Shown one piece after another: positions 1 through 9,362 of a stretch of 32,000 nucleotides of DNA. Made by a program: the position numbers and the translations under genes. The DNA comes from Candidatus Heimdallarchaeota archaeon B3_Heim (lineage in GTDB: Archaea; Asgardarchaeota; Heimdallarchaeia; Hodarchaeales; Hodarchaeaceae), in contig NJBF01000007.1 in NCBI GenBank assembly GCA_003144275.1, forward strand, positions 60,001-92,000. Direction: 5' to 3'. Under the pieces are notes generated by a model. The model did not search any database. It was given only the letters and a program-made list of their open reading frames with translations, and had not been told where the DNA came from. Numbering within the stretch: position 1 is the first letter of the stretch; every line of letters starts with the position of its first letter.

Positions 1-2
1 CT

Positions 3-77
3 GCACCTGGGTTTGAAATCGTTATGGGAACTCTCACTTTAGTGGGTTTAGCGATATTCGTTAGAAAGAGAAGATAA
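3..77 (+). CDS. 3' end of a surface protein with a PGF-type C-terminal sorting tail (5' part outside window)
   Basis: Manual translation from nt 3 gives APGFEIVMGTLTLVGLAIFVRKRR-stop: PGF motif, hydrophobic helix and basic tail, as in PGF-CTERM/Heimdall-CTERM-like signals. Not in the ORF track. Confidence 0.75.
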   Translation, partial: APGFEIVMGTLTLVGLAIFVRKRR

Positions 78-93
78 ATCACTCCTCTCTCCC

Positions 94-115
94 TTTTTTC
101 TTTTTTCTTTATTTT
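94..115 (+). terminator. Oligo-T archaeal-type terminator candidate
   Basis: T-tracts (tttttt c tttttt c ttt a tttt) starting 17 nt after the stop at 77, between convergent genes. Confidence 0.45.
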
Positions 116-221
116 ATCTTTGATTTCAAGATTTCCATTCTCAATTTGTTCTAAACAAAAACATTGTTCTGTTGATCGAACTTACTGCTCGCAAGTTCAT
201 TCTAGGAGCATTTTGGATTTC

Positions 222-2087
222 TCATTTTCTTTTTGGTAACATCGTATAGGTAAGAACAGCTATCAGGGACAGCCCAGAGATTCCAAGAAAGAGGAGTATT
301 GGTAATTCTTTGAAGGAGTTATTTCCAGCAGGAATCGTCGTAACGTTCACAATCGGAAGTATCCATTCTGTTGAAATTTCTGATAACGTTATATACGCAG
401 AACCAAGAGGGGGAAGAACAGTATTGAATGATTCCCCTGGTTGGTATTGACCACTGAATGTCCCATTCACATATATATCGTATTGATCTGTTAAGTGTTT
501 TAATGTAAATTCCAAGCTTTTTTGCTGTTCATAAGGATTAAAAATCATAAAAATACGATTTTCAGGTTCAGGCAAATAAGACTGGTCAAAAATATTTAGA
601 TTCACGATCAATGATTTATTATCTGTTGCTTCTCCCAAAGCTTCAAACATCAAAAAGTTCCATAGTGTTTCTCCAGCCCCATAAATTTCTTTTCCGTTAT
701 ATCCTGCTTTCAATGGGTCAGGATCATAAAAACCTCTAGAAGTATGATAATCTATATCCTCATAAGGAATATATTGAAGTGTAGTTGGTCCATAATCTCT
801 TTCATAGACATCGGGGATGCTAGGACTAAAGAAATAAAAGTTCTTTATTCGATTTAAATTTAAAATTTTGAGGGGTTCAATAGCTTTGAATCCAGGTCTA
901 AAATATAGATTTTTGAGGTAGGATGTCCAAAACATTATTGATTCGATGTTTTCTTTATATGCGGGTGCATTAATACCTCCCGTATTTACTTCCTTGGGAT
1001 TAGCGTAGGGGGAGTGCAATCCATCTCGCCAATTTGAGGGTAACCAAGGACTCGGCTCGGGATTAAATCCAAATGACCAATCGATTTCTCCATTATTATA
1101 ATAAAGAACTTGTTCTTCTGCATAGAATAAATCGATAGCTAGTTGTGCAAAATCAGTTGAGGACTCAATGACATCTACATATTGAAGAAGTCTTGATGCC
1201 GCAGCTACTCCTGCAGCTATTTCCTGTGGTTCATACATTAGCTTATATGGTTCTTTAACAGCTCTCATTGCTTCGAGAGCAGTTTTGGCTTCGTTTAAAT
1301 ATTCAATATTACCTGTAAGCTCATAAACATCTATTAAACTGTAGGCCAACAAACCAGAGGTGCCATAATTAATATTAGTATTTCGAGTCTGTTGTTTTGT
1401 CTCAACACTTACAAATTGGGGGAATAAATAATTGAAATTGTGAGCCATCTCTATAGCGCTACCGAGAGAGCCATAAAAAGATTCATTTAATACTGAAGCT
1501 TGGCTCATCATAAATATTTGCCCCCACTTCAAGACTGAATTTTCTAAATAATACCAAGAATCGTGATTGGTTTCCCCCGGACCATTGGTAGCCTGTTCAT
1601 AGATGATGGAATAATATAAAGGTAAACTATTAATGAATTCTTCTACGAGTGATTGTTGTGTAGAATTTGGTTGAAGTTGGAGATAACGATATAACGGCCA
1701 GATAACATCTACTGTCGCTATAAGTTCAGCACTTTCTCTAGTCCAATCCTCTCCTCCCCATCCATCAGCACCTTTCACATACGGACGAAATCCAATGTTT
1801 CCTCCAGAAAGATTGATCCAACATTCATCAAAAGTTAAAAGATCATCAATACTTTTTTTAGTGTAGTCTGTCCAATTCGTAGCATGATCAGGATAATCAG
1901 CATACGCAGGTAGAATGTCTATCGCGGTTTTACGTGACGTAATCATTGAATTCCAATCGGTATAGATATTTACTCCAGTATTAAATTCAGGTAGGCTAAA
2001 AACAATTGGAGTAGTTGAAGAGAGTAATACACTAAGTACACTGAACATAACTAACACATATCGGACGGAGAGGAAATTGAATTTCAT
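222..2087 (-). CDS. Secreted, C-terminally membrane-anchored protein, putative (alpha/alpha)6 six-hairpin glycosidase-like enzyme
   Basis: N-terminal signal peptide; helical-barrel-type repeat (GLLAYSLIDVYELTGNIEYLNEAKTALEAM); C-terminal beta-rich segment, TM helix and basic tail (LPKRK). Fold is inferred and substrate unknown. Confidence 0.55.
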   Translation of the reverse strand: MKFNFLSVRYVLVMFSVLSVLLSSTTPIVFSLPEFNTGVNIYTDWNSMITSRKTAIDILPAYADYPDHATNWTDYTKKSIDDLLTFDECWINLSGGNIGFRPYVKGADGWGGEDWTRESAELIATVDVIWPLYRYLQLQPNSTQQSLVEEFINSLPLYYSIIYEQATNGPGETNHDSWYYLENSVLKWGQIFMMSQASVLNESFYGSLGSAIEMAHNFNYLFPQFVSVETKQQTRNTNINYGTSGLLAYSLIDVYELTGNIEYLNEAKTALEAMRAVKEPYKLMYEPQEIAAGVAAASRLLQYVDVIESSTDFAQLAIDLFYAEEQVLYYNNGEIDWSFGFNPEPSPWLPSNWRDGLHSPYANPKEVNTGGINAPAYKENIESIMFWTSYLKNLYFRPGFKAIEPLKILNLNRIKNFYFFSPSIPDVYERDYGPTTLQYIPYEDIDYHTSRGFYDPDPLKAGYNGKEIYGAGETLWNFLMFEALGEATDNKSLIVNLNIFDQSYLPEPENRIFMIFNPYEQQKSLEFTLKHLTDQYDIYVNGTFSGQYQPGESFNTVLPPLGSAYITLSEISTEWILPIVNVTTIPAGNNSFKELPILLFLGISGLSLIAVLTYTMLPKRK

Positions 2088-2168
2088 AATTATCCCTTAG
2101 TTTAGCCTTTCTATTTAAACTATAATTATAAATAAGAGAAAATACTCAGACAAGAAAGAAGAGAAAAG

Positions 2169-4085
2169 TCAATTTTTCCTCTTTCTACGTAAGAAAAATA
2201 TGACTGTACTCAGAGCTAAAGATACCAATAAAATACTAGAAAATGGACTTGCTTTGGTACTTGTGGTAGTTATGGTTGTGGTTGATGTCGTCAATGTAGT
2301 TGTAGTTGTAACCGGTTCAACTGGTTCATAATCCACAGTTACATTGTTAATTAAGGTTCGTGTCCCATCGTAGGTAAGATTTCCATCAGCAGGAGTTATG
2401 ACTACTACAAAAGCTGTATCTGCGGGAATCTCAAATGATGTCACACCCGTAGCATTAGTAACTAAAAATGACTCTGAAGTAGTTTCGTATAAACTTTTAT
2501 TCTCTGTACCAACGTCAATTTCAATTGTTTTACTAATAGCATAGGGATTGAAGTATAAATACGTCGGATAAGCTTCTTCGTGATAGTAATCTGTTACTAG
2601 ACAATCTAGTTGTAAAATTTTCTCATCATTTGTTGGCGCGATGATACCACCAAGATTTCCAACATGAGAACTCCCATATAACCCTAGATTTGTAGCTCCA
2701 GTTTGGTCAGCGTACCTATCCCGGTTTAAATCACCAGTTGCGAGAGGAGTAATTCCATTCCAAGTTTTTCTTAATGATTCATACGCTACAGAATTGTTTG
2801 GGTCGTAAACATCTTTCCAGTCCTCACTGTCTTGATGAGCTGCGTCTAAATCAGTACCATAATGTAAACGAGCGGCATTGGCTGCATTCAGGACAAATTT
2901 ACCAATATCATGGGCAAATCGATCATCATAACGAACTACAGGCATTAATGCTCCCACTGTTTCAAAAGTATTCATAGTAAATCCGTATCCTCCTCCATCG
3001 GTTATACTTCCTGACAATCCATAGGCGTCAAAGCCTCCCCATTGGTCAGCAATAACACCCCAACCTGAACGAACTCCGCCGTTACCAGTTCCAAAACACC
3101 AATCAATCATTTTATTGATATTGTATGCTCTGCCAAGTTCAGCGTTCATACGTGCAGTGATCAGCGCACCATAAAGCATTAAGACCTCATAGTAAGGATT
3201 AAAGGAAAGTGTGTGTAAATATTCCACACACCATTCCGCTGCAATCAAATATTTCGGATCGCCGAATTTCAAATAGGCCATATACTCCAACCAAGCAATG
3301 GCTCCTGCTGCATCAGGTTCTCTCCACTTATTATTATCGTAAGGAGTCATAGAATTAAAATCAAAAGCAGTATGCAAAAAATTAGGGACGGTCCATGGAG
3401 AAATTTTTCCACCCATCCCTACACATGCATCATACCATCTATCAGCAACTCCCCGCATCTGATTCTCAAAGTCTCCAACATCAGGATAATAATCTGCAAG
3501 CATATAAAATATTAGATTAGGGAATAAAACATACCAAAAACTTGTTTTCGCGGTAGTTTGGAGATTGTTCAAGTAAATATACTGGTTAGTATCAATATTA
3601 TACCAATTTTCACACATTTCCACCCAGTTATACCCACTCTGGCTGCTTTTGTCAATTCCCACGAGAGTAGCACTTAGAACAGCTGCCATTAGATTTATGG
3701 CTTCATCAGCCATTGGCAATCCGATATAGGAGGGTGCTCTGAAAACATCACGATCTCCCTCAATCCCCCAATGATTAGTACCTATAGAAGTCAATGGTAG
3801 GAATGTTCCTGTTGCACCTAAGTTGAAAAAAAGGGTATCATAATCTCGTGTTACTTGTTCCCAATCCCTCATATTAAAGGGCTCTGGAAGATTGGGCATA
3901 AGAGCTACTCGCTCTATTTGACCAATTACATTGACTGATTCAATTTTGGAATCATTTTTGATCATTAATGATCCAATTACGTTACCTGAACCAACTAAGA
4001 GTAATACACAAATCATTAGCACAGCTAGTAGAGTAGCTTTAGCTTGATTAGTACGATTTTTCTTGGGAATTGACATTTGTTCCAA
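2169..4085 (-). CDS. Secreted, C-terminally membrane-anchored protein, putative six-hairpin glycosidase-like enzyme
   Basis: Signal peptide; helical-barrel repeat (AGAIAWLEYMAYLKFGDPKYLIAAEWCVEYL); Thr-rich linker; SPF-TM-RRKRKN tail. Resembles an uncharacterised family I recall from bacterial polysaccharide loci. Confidence 0.55.
   Translation of the reverse strand: MEQMSIPKKNRTNQAKATLLAVLMICVLLLVGSGNVIGSLMIKNDSKIESVNVIGQIERVALMPNLPEPFNMRDWEQVTRDYDTLFFNLGATGTFLPLTSIGTNHWGIEGDRDVFRAPSYIGLPMADEAINLMAAVLSATLVGIDKSSQSGYNWVEMCENWYNIDTNQYIYLNNLQTTAKTSFWYVLFPNLIFYMLADYYPDVGDFENQMRGVADRWYDACVGMGGKISPWTVPNFLHTAFDFNSMTPYDNNKWREPDAAGAIAWLEYMAYLKFGDPKYLIAAEWCVEYLHTLSFNPYYEVLMLYGALITARMNAELGRAYNINKMIDWCFGTGNGGVRSGWGVIADQWGGFDAYGLSGSITDGGGYGFTMNTFETVGALMPVVRYDDRFAHDIGKFVLNAANAARLHYGTDLDAAHQDSEDWKDVYDPNNSVAYESLRKTWNGITPLATGDLNRDRYADQTGATNLGLYGSSHVGNLGGIIAPTNDEKILQLDCLVTDYYHEEAYPTYLYFNPYAISKTIEIDVGTENKSLYETTSESFLVTNATGVTSFEIPADTAFVVVITPADGNLTYDGTRTLINNVTVDYEPVEPVTTTTTLTTSTTTITTTSTKASPFSSILLVSLALSTVIFFLRRKRKN
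2255..2311 (-). repeat. Low-complexity Thr-rich linker (coding)
   Basis: Encodes VTTTTTLTTSTTTITTTST just before the membrane anchor. Confidence 0.85.
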
Positions 4086-4147
4086 TGCAAAATTCTGTAA
4101 TAATAAGTGTTTTCACGAATTTGTATTAGCATTCAATCAACCTTTTT

Positions 4148-4777
4148 TTATCCAGTTAATGCTACTTCTCCAAGCTTAGATATAACAAGCAAGATACTCG
4201 TTTTCATCATATTATAATCCATAGACGGAGAATGTGGACTATTCAAAACCTGCTCTGGTAATAAAGGGAGATGAATAAAACCAACTATACATGATGGTGG
4301 TTTTTTTTTCATACTGATATGATTAAGAGAATGATACATTATTTGATTACATCCAAAGGTTCCTGCGGAATATGAGATATAACTAGGAATTTGATACTCA
4401 TTTAGGTATTCCACAAGGATTTTAATTGGAAGCGAGCTGAAATAAGCAGTAGGACCACTTGGCTCCAAAATCTCTTCCTCAGGTTTCGATCCACAATTAT
4501 ATACAATCTTATTTGTGTTGGCGAGATTGATGGCGACTTTTTCTATAGAGATTGCCGAACGGGACGCCTGTCCCATATTAATGATGATTTCAGGTTCATA
4601 CTTATCTATCAATTCTGTGATTTCTCTTTTTATCTCATTAAAACGAAGTGGTATCGTCTTTCCGATTACCTGAATTTTGGAAAATTCCTGACCATTAAGC
4701 TCTTTAGCAATCATTTCTGAGGGGTTTACAAAATGATCACCAAAAGGCTCAAATCCTGTTAATAAGAGAGTTGTCAA
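4148..4777 (-). CDS. pcp: Pyroglutamyl-peptidase I (peptidase C15)
   Basis: LLTGFEPFG..NPS, EKVAIN (Glu), AYFSSLP, SAGTFGCN (Cys), GFIHLP (His); GGTGA site at 4782-4786 upstream of a TTG start. Confidence 0.93.
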   Translation of the reverse strand: MTTLLLTGFEPFGDHFVNPSEMIAKELNGQEFSKIQVIGKTIPLRFNEIKREITELIDKYEPEIIINMGQASRSAISIEKVAINLANTNKIVYNCGSKPEEEILEPSGPTAYFSSLPIKILVEYLNEYQIPSYISYSAGTFGCNQIMYHSLNHISMKKKPPSCIVGFIHLPLLPEQVLNSPHSPSMDYNMMKTSILLVISKLGEVALTG

Positions 4778-4870
4778 TTTTTCACCGTGCTATCTTTGAA
4801 AGAAGTATGAAATTCTTTCTAGGAAAATTCATTATAGATATTATTCGTATATCTTCTAAAGGGCATTAAG

Positions 4871-5494
4871 ATGACTTCAGTAAAACCTGAATGGGATATT
4901 TATGCTAAAAATACAATGAATCCGATAATTCAGGCGCATTACTATTTTACTGTATGGAGAAATTATAGATTATTATTACACGGATTAAAAATTCCACGAG
5001 GAACGCTCCTCGAATTAGGATCTTCAACAGGCCAAATTTCTCTTCGATTGTCTAGAATGTATAAGTTATCCCCTACTCTAGTAGATACATCGGCTCTTGC
5101 ACTCACATTAGCAAGTCAATTTTATCGAAAAAAGGGAATCATTCCTATTATCATTAAAAAAAGTATTCTCGACCTGAATCTAGGTCAAAAATATGATTTT
5201 GTTCATTCACATGGCTTATTGGAACATTTTATTGGTAAAAAGCAACAAAGGGCTATGGAAATACATATTAACCATGTTAAACATGGAGGATGGTTGATCT
5301 GCTGGATGCCCAGCCCTGATATATTTTATCGTCTTAATCGTTGGTATCTAGAACAAACTGGTAAATGGATTTTTGGTTTTGAACAGCCACTTACTCTCAA
5401 AGATGTTTTATCGATTTTTCGTCAAGAAGTACTAATTATCCGAAAGATTCGTCATTTTCCAGGATGGATTGGAGTAGCTGCTCAACGGCAATGA
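4871..5494 (+). CDS. Class I SAM-dependent methyltransferase
   Basis: Motif I LLELGSSTG, acidic residue in LVDTS, YDFVHSHGLLEHF, post-III HVKHGGWLI. Confidence 0.85.
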   Translation: MTSVKPEWDIYAKNTMNPIIQAHYYFTVWRNYRLLLHGLKIPRGTLLELGSSTGQISLRLSRMYKLSPTLVDTSALALTLASQFYRKKGIIPIIIKKSILDLNLGQKYDFVHSHGLLEHFIGKKQQRAMEIHINHVKHGGWLICWMPSPDIFYRLNRWYLEQTGKWIFGFEQPLTLKDVLSIFRQEVLIIRKIRHFPGWIGVAAQRQ

Positions 5495-5526
5495 TCTTAG
5501 ATACTCAGAATATTTAGCATTTCACC

Positions 5527-6723
5527 TTAAAAGCCTAGTATTCCTTTCAAGAATATCACAAAGACGAACAATTGGGCTATAGTAATGGTAAAACCTTCGT
5601 AAATATCTAATTTTTGATCGTCAGTCATTGAGGATTTTATCATAAACAGGAGTAACCACGCAAATCCAAATTGTACCAGTAAGAAGGGGACAGGTAGTTC
5701 ACCTGTTCCCTGTACATAATGAATTAACGGGATCCCCTGTAGGCTATTACCTTCTATGCCAATTACAGCCCCTATATATGAAAATAATGAAACTAGCCCA
5801 GTCATTAATAACAAATTTTGCATTGTACCTGCAATTAGATTACCTAGACCTAATTCAATACCTCCTTCGTGTTTGACTGCTAATAAAGCAATTGCATGCT
5901 CAGGTATTGAAGCTGCGGCACCAATAAAGAACGCCAACTGAAACTCATTTAAAACAACCTCTTCTGAATGTTCTAAGAATAGTTCTACCGATGAAGATAT
6001 CATTTCACCAGCAAAAAATATCATTCCAAATGCCAAGAGAAGTGTAAAGACTACGATAGAACGTCCTCCATTTTTATGCTCAACAGACGTTTCTCTTAAA
6101 GCATTAAGATCACGACTCTTTAAATTATGACGAATGATGAAGAAAAGGTAGAAAAGATACACAATTACAGTAATTACACTTGCTTCATAGGGAAGATGTG
6201 GGATTGTCCCTTCTCCACTCATTGCTAGTTCAAATATTTCAAGACAGAATAGAACAATTCCATAGACAAATATAGATCCTACTATTACAATAGCAACACG
6301 TACTATTGGAACCTCAATGTCTATAACTTCTTTAGGAATGGTTATAGGCTCTTTACGTTGAAAATTTCCAAGCATTACCAAAATACCCAGCATCAAGATA
6401 TTGAAACCAGTAGCGATTATAATAAATGCAATTGCAAATTCAACCTTTCCACTGAGTATTGCAAATCCACCAATAACCAATTCAGGTGAGTTACTAGCTA
6501 GGGAGGATAAAACTCCAGAGACATAGGGAGTTAAACCCATTCGTTTACCGAATATTTCAATTCCTACAACAGCTTTTTCAGAGGCTAAAATCGCGATTAC
6601 TAATCCAACAATCATAAATCCAATTAAGTAGAGAGTGGGTAAGGTGGTTTTAGTAAACCAGAAGATTATAATCAGAATACCAAACACAGGAAAGAGTATT
6701 TTATCACGAGTACCGAATTTCAT
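5527..6723 (-). CDS. CaCA-family cation/H+ or Na+/Ca2+ antiporter (CAX/ChaA-like)
   Basis: About 10-11 TM helices; alpha-1 repeat SSLASNSPEL and alpha-2 repeat AASIPEH...GNLIAGTMQN; AGGTGA RBS at 6728-6733. Confidence 0.85.
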   Translation of the reverse strand: MKFGTRDKILFPVFGILIIIFWFTKTTLPTLYLIGFMIVGLVIAILASEKAVVGIEIFGKRMGLTPYVSGVLSSLASNSPELVIGGFAILSGKVEFAIAFIIIATGFNILMLGILVMLGNFQRKEPITIPKEVIDIEVPIVRVAIVIVGSIFVYGIVLFCLEIFELAMSGEGTIPHLPYEASVITVIVYLFYLFFIIRHNLKSRDLNALRETSVEHKNGGRSIVVFTLLLAFGMIFFAGEMISSSVELFLEHSEEVVLNEFQLAFFIGAAASIPEHAIALLAVKHEGGIELGLGNLIAGTMQNLLLMTGLVSLFSYIGAVIGIEGNSLQGIPLIHYVQGTGELPVPFLLVQFGFAWLLLFMIKSSMTDDQKLDIYEGFTITIAQLFVFVIFLKGILGF

Positions 6724-6841
6724 TTGCTCACCTGACCTAAATCTATTGAAAAAGCAATGATTTCATCTGAAATTATTAATTTTTGTTTGGCCAATTGATT
6801 TTCGATAAGATTGTAGTGATACATTCTGAAGTGAGTATATT

Positions 6842-7840
6842 TCATCTTTGCTCCTCAATGTCGGAGAAAATTGAAGGTTCATCTTCAGGATTGAAATCAA
6901 AGAAGTCTTCAAAGTCCAAAATTCGAGCAACTTTACCAGTTTTTCCGTGTATTGACGTCGGCATCCGTAATAATCGACGTAAATCTATAGTTACTTTATG
7001 ATCTATCCGAGGAGCCCAGCGACGCAAGATCTCATCGTACTTATTTACACGAGCTAGGCTCAAATTGAAACTCCGAGCAAGATTATCATCTACGTATCCA
7101 TCTTGATGTTTCAGCTGTCTTATTGTATTTGTAGCTACATTCCCACTTAATCCAAGTTCGACTAGATCCTTCCGGCGAATATTCTTTAAATAGTATCTAA
7201 AGATCGTAGATTCAGTCCGTTTACGAAATTCATATTTTAATTGTTTTCTCTCCTGTACTCGTGCTGTTTCATCCTCACCCTTTATTATGGAAAGATAATC
7301 AATAATGGACTGACGCTGATCTCGATCAAGATCAAAGGTATTAGAATCGCGTACCCATCCATGAACGCCGCGTCGTCCTGAAAATAACCAGATGATATCG
7401 TTCATGCCGAAATCTCGACGCAAGGTCTCATCGATGAGGCTAATAGAGACATTTATCAATTGCCAGCACCGTAAACATACTTGACCAGCACCAGTACAAT
7501 CGCATACATACTTACGAACGGCATCATAGTCGTTTATATCAATATCAAAGACTAATTCATGTCCTATCCACTCTAATGTATGGATAGGTCTTTTTCGGGA
7601 AGGAGGATTGTCATAAACAGCCCCGATATAGGCATCGGTTGGACACCGGTCTATTAAGAAATCTTGCAGGTCATCTGGTGTTTCAAATGCGATATTCCTG
7701 AAAAATTTACCATTTAGACTCACAAATCCAAACTCACGAGTAGAGAATGAAGAAAAATCAATAACTTGAGTCAGAGTATCTACATCAAATTCCGTTGCAT
7801 AATAATCTCGAATAGCTATTCGACGTTTTGACATATTCAC
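6842..7840 (-). CDS. priS: DNA primase catalytic (small) subunit, AEP family (start may be ATG at 7834)
   Basis: REFGF, YIGAVY, ELVFDID (catalytic Asp pair), FSGRRGVH, IDHKVT...LLRMPTSIHGKTG. Confidence 0.96.
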   Translation of the reverse strand: MNMSKRRIAIRDYYATEFDVDTLTQVIDFSSFSTREFGFVSLNGKFFRNIAFETPDDLQDFLIDRCPTDAYIGAVYDNPPSRKRPIHTLEWIGHELVFDIDINDYDAVRKYVCDCTGAGQVCLRCWQLINVSISLIDETLRRDFGMNDIIWLFSGRRGVHGWVRDSNTFDLDRDQRQSIIDYLSIIKGEDETARVQERKQLKYEFRKRTESTIFRYYLKNIRRKDLVELGLSGNVATNTIRQLKHQDGYVDDNLARSFNLSLARVNKYDEILRRWAPRIDHKVTIDLRRLLRMPTSIHGKTGKVARILDFEDFFDFNPEDEPSIFSDIEEQR

Positions 7841-7851
7841 GATATTATCTC

Positions 7852-9168
7852 CTACTCCTCCTTGGGTTTGTTTTCGGGTTCCTGTGGTGAAGAAAGACCT
7901 TCAATCTTAATTGCAAAACGTGTCCATTGAAGGGGATGAACAATTTTTCGGTAAAGGGATCGATTATAAACTAAACGAAAATACTGAGAACAGGCTTGTG
8001 TAGGATTACTACTACTCACTGAAATTAACGAATTTAAGTGTGAATTCAGAATTTTCAATTTCTTTTTTGTCGTATAGTAATTCTCTTTTAAAAATTCTAT
8101 TAACACTGCTGGAGCCAAGTGGACAAATGGACAAAAATATCCAGTAGCTATCGTTGAACATTGAGGTACATTATAGTCTTTTTTTCCTCCTTCCAAACCG
8201 TATAAATGACGGATTTGATATCCTGAGGTTCGTTGGAACTCTGAAAAGGTTTGTCCAACATTATCCACTGATTTGTCGTACCAGAAGTGGAGCTGTTCGT
8301 TTACAGACATTCCTAACCTCTTAAGGAAAAAACCCATTTGCAGTCGTTGAACATGAACTAATCGTCCTGTCTTTTCAAACTCAAAATAGATGCGCAACAT
8401 ACACGGTGGGAATATCTCGGGATGTAAAAATAAATCTTGCCCTTCAAGCTCCCCTCCACTATATTGGGAACGAATTTGCACATGTTTAGAAAGGTCTTGT
8501 TCAAGATCCTGTACGGCGTTATCAATATCCTCCCTTATGCCCAATAAATCCTGAGATTTAATTATTTCTTCTTCGAGTTTTTTCTCGAATGCTTTTTTCA
8601 ACACCCCACGAAATGATGCTTCGTTTGATACGACCCATCCTTTTCTTAAATATCCTTTTCGCTTGGATACCATCCATGGAACCTTTGAAAAATGCACACA
8701 CAACAAGAAATCCCTTTTTTTTCTACTACGACTTGTATGATATTGTTGATAAAGCTCGGCTAGGTATTCATTCTTCTCCTCGTCCATTCTGAGCTTAAAT
8801 TCTTCGTATTTCAGAACGTTTTCTTCTCCAAAGACCTGTCGAAAGATTATAACTTTCTCATCTATTGTTTCTGTACGATCGTAATATAAACGCTCAAATA
8901 GATCCCCTTCAACTTCAATCAGCCACGATTCCAAACGACTATTAGTTGCAGCCACTAATCTAAGTAAATATGCTCCTAATCGATAATCCTCATAGATTTG
9001 GTTGAGAGCTTCATCATATGAGGGAAAATAGTCACGAATAACTTGTGAAGGATTGTTGGGAAGCTTTTCTAACAATTGAACTCTATTCCATGCAAGATTT
9101 TTCCACGCTTTCACATCGATATTCAAGTTTGGAGGTGCCTGCAAAAGAAACCAGTTCGGGAGGAGCAT
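7852..9168 (-). CDS. priL: DNA primase large subunit with Fe-S domain
   Basis: FPPCM, HVQRLQMGFFLK, YQIRHLYG, QCSTI..GYFCPF, QACSQYF (four Cys ligands); immediately upstream of priS on the same strand. Confidence 0.93.
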   Translation of the reverse strand: MLLPNWFLLQAPPNLNIDVKAWKNLAWNRVQLLEKLPNNPSQVIRDYFPSYDEALNQIYEDYRLGAYLLRLVAATNSRLESWLIEVEGDLFERLYYDRTETIDEKVIIFRQVFGEENVLKYEEFKLRMDEEKNEYLAELYQQYHTSRSRKKRDFLLCVHFSKVPWMVSKRKGYLRKGWVVSNEASFRGVLKKAFEKKLEEEIIKSQDLLGIREDIDNAVQDLEQDLSKHVQIRSQYSGGELEGQDLFLHPEIFPPCMLRIYFEFEKTGRLVHVQRLQMGFFLKRLGMSVNEQLHFWYDKSVDNVGQTFSEFQRTSGYQIRHLYGLEGGKKDYNVPQCSTIATGYFCPFVHLAPAVLIEFLKENYYTTKKKLKILNSHLNSLISVSSSNPTQACSQYFRLVYNRSLYRKIVHPLQWTRFAIKIEGLSSPQEPENKPKEE

Positions 9169-9362
9169 TCTTCAAACCACTCTGCGATTCATTCAAGCTT
9201 AGTCGTTATAAAACTACATAAACACTATTGCATATGTGCTAAGAATCCAAGAACACATCTTTTTATTAGCCTAACGATATTTTTTTTATTGGTAACCAAA
9301 GAATGGAGAGAATACTTTGATTGCACATTTCATTTGTATTTTTAGAACTGATCCTTGAATGC

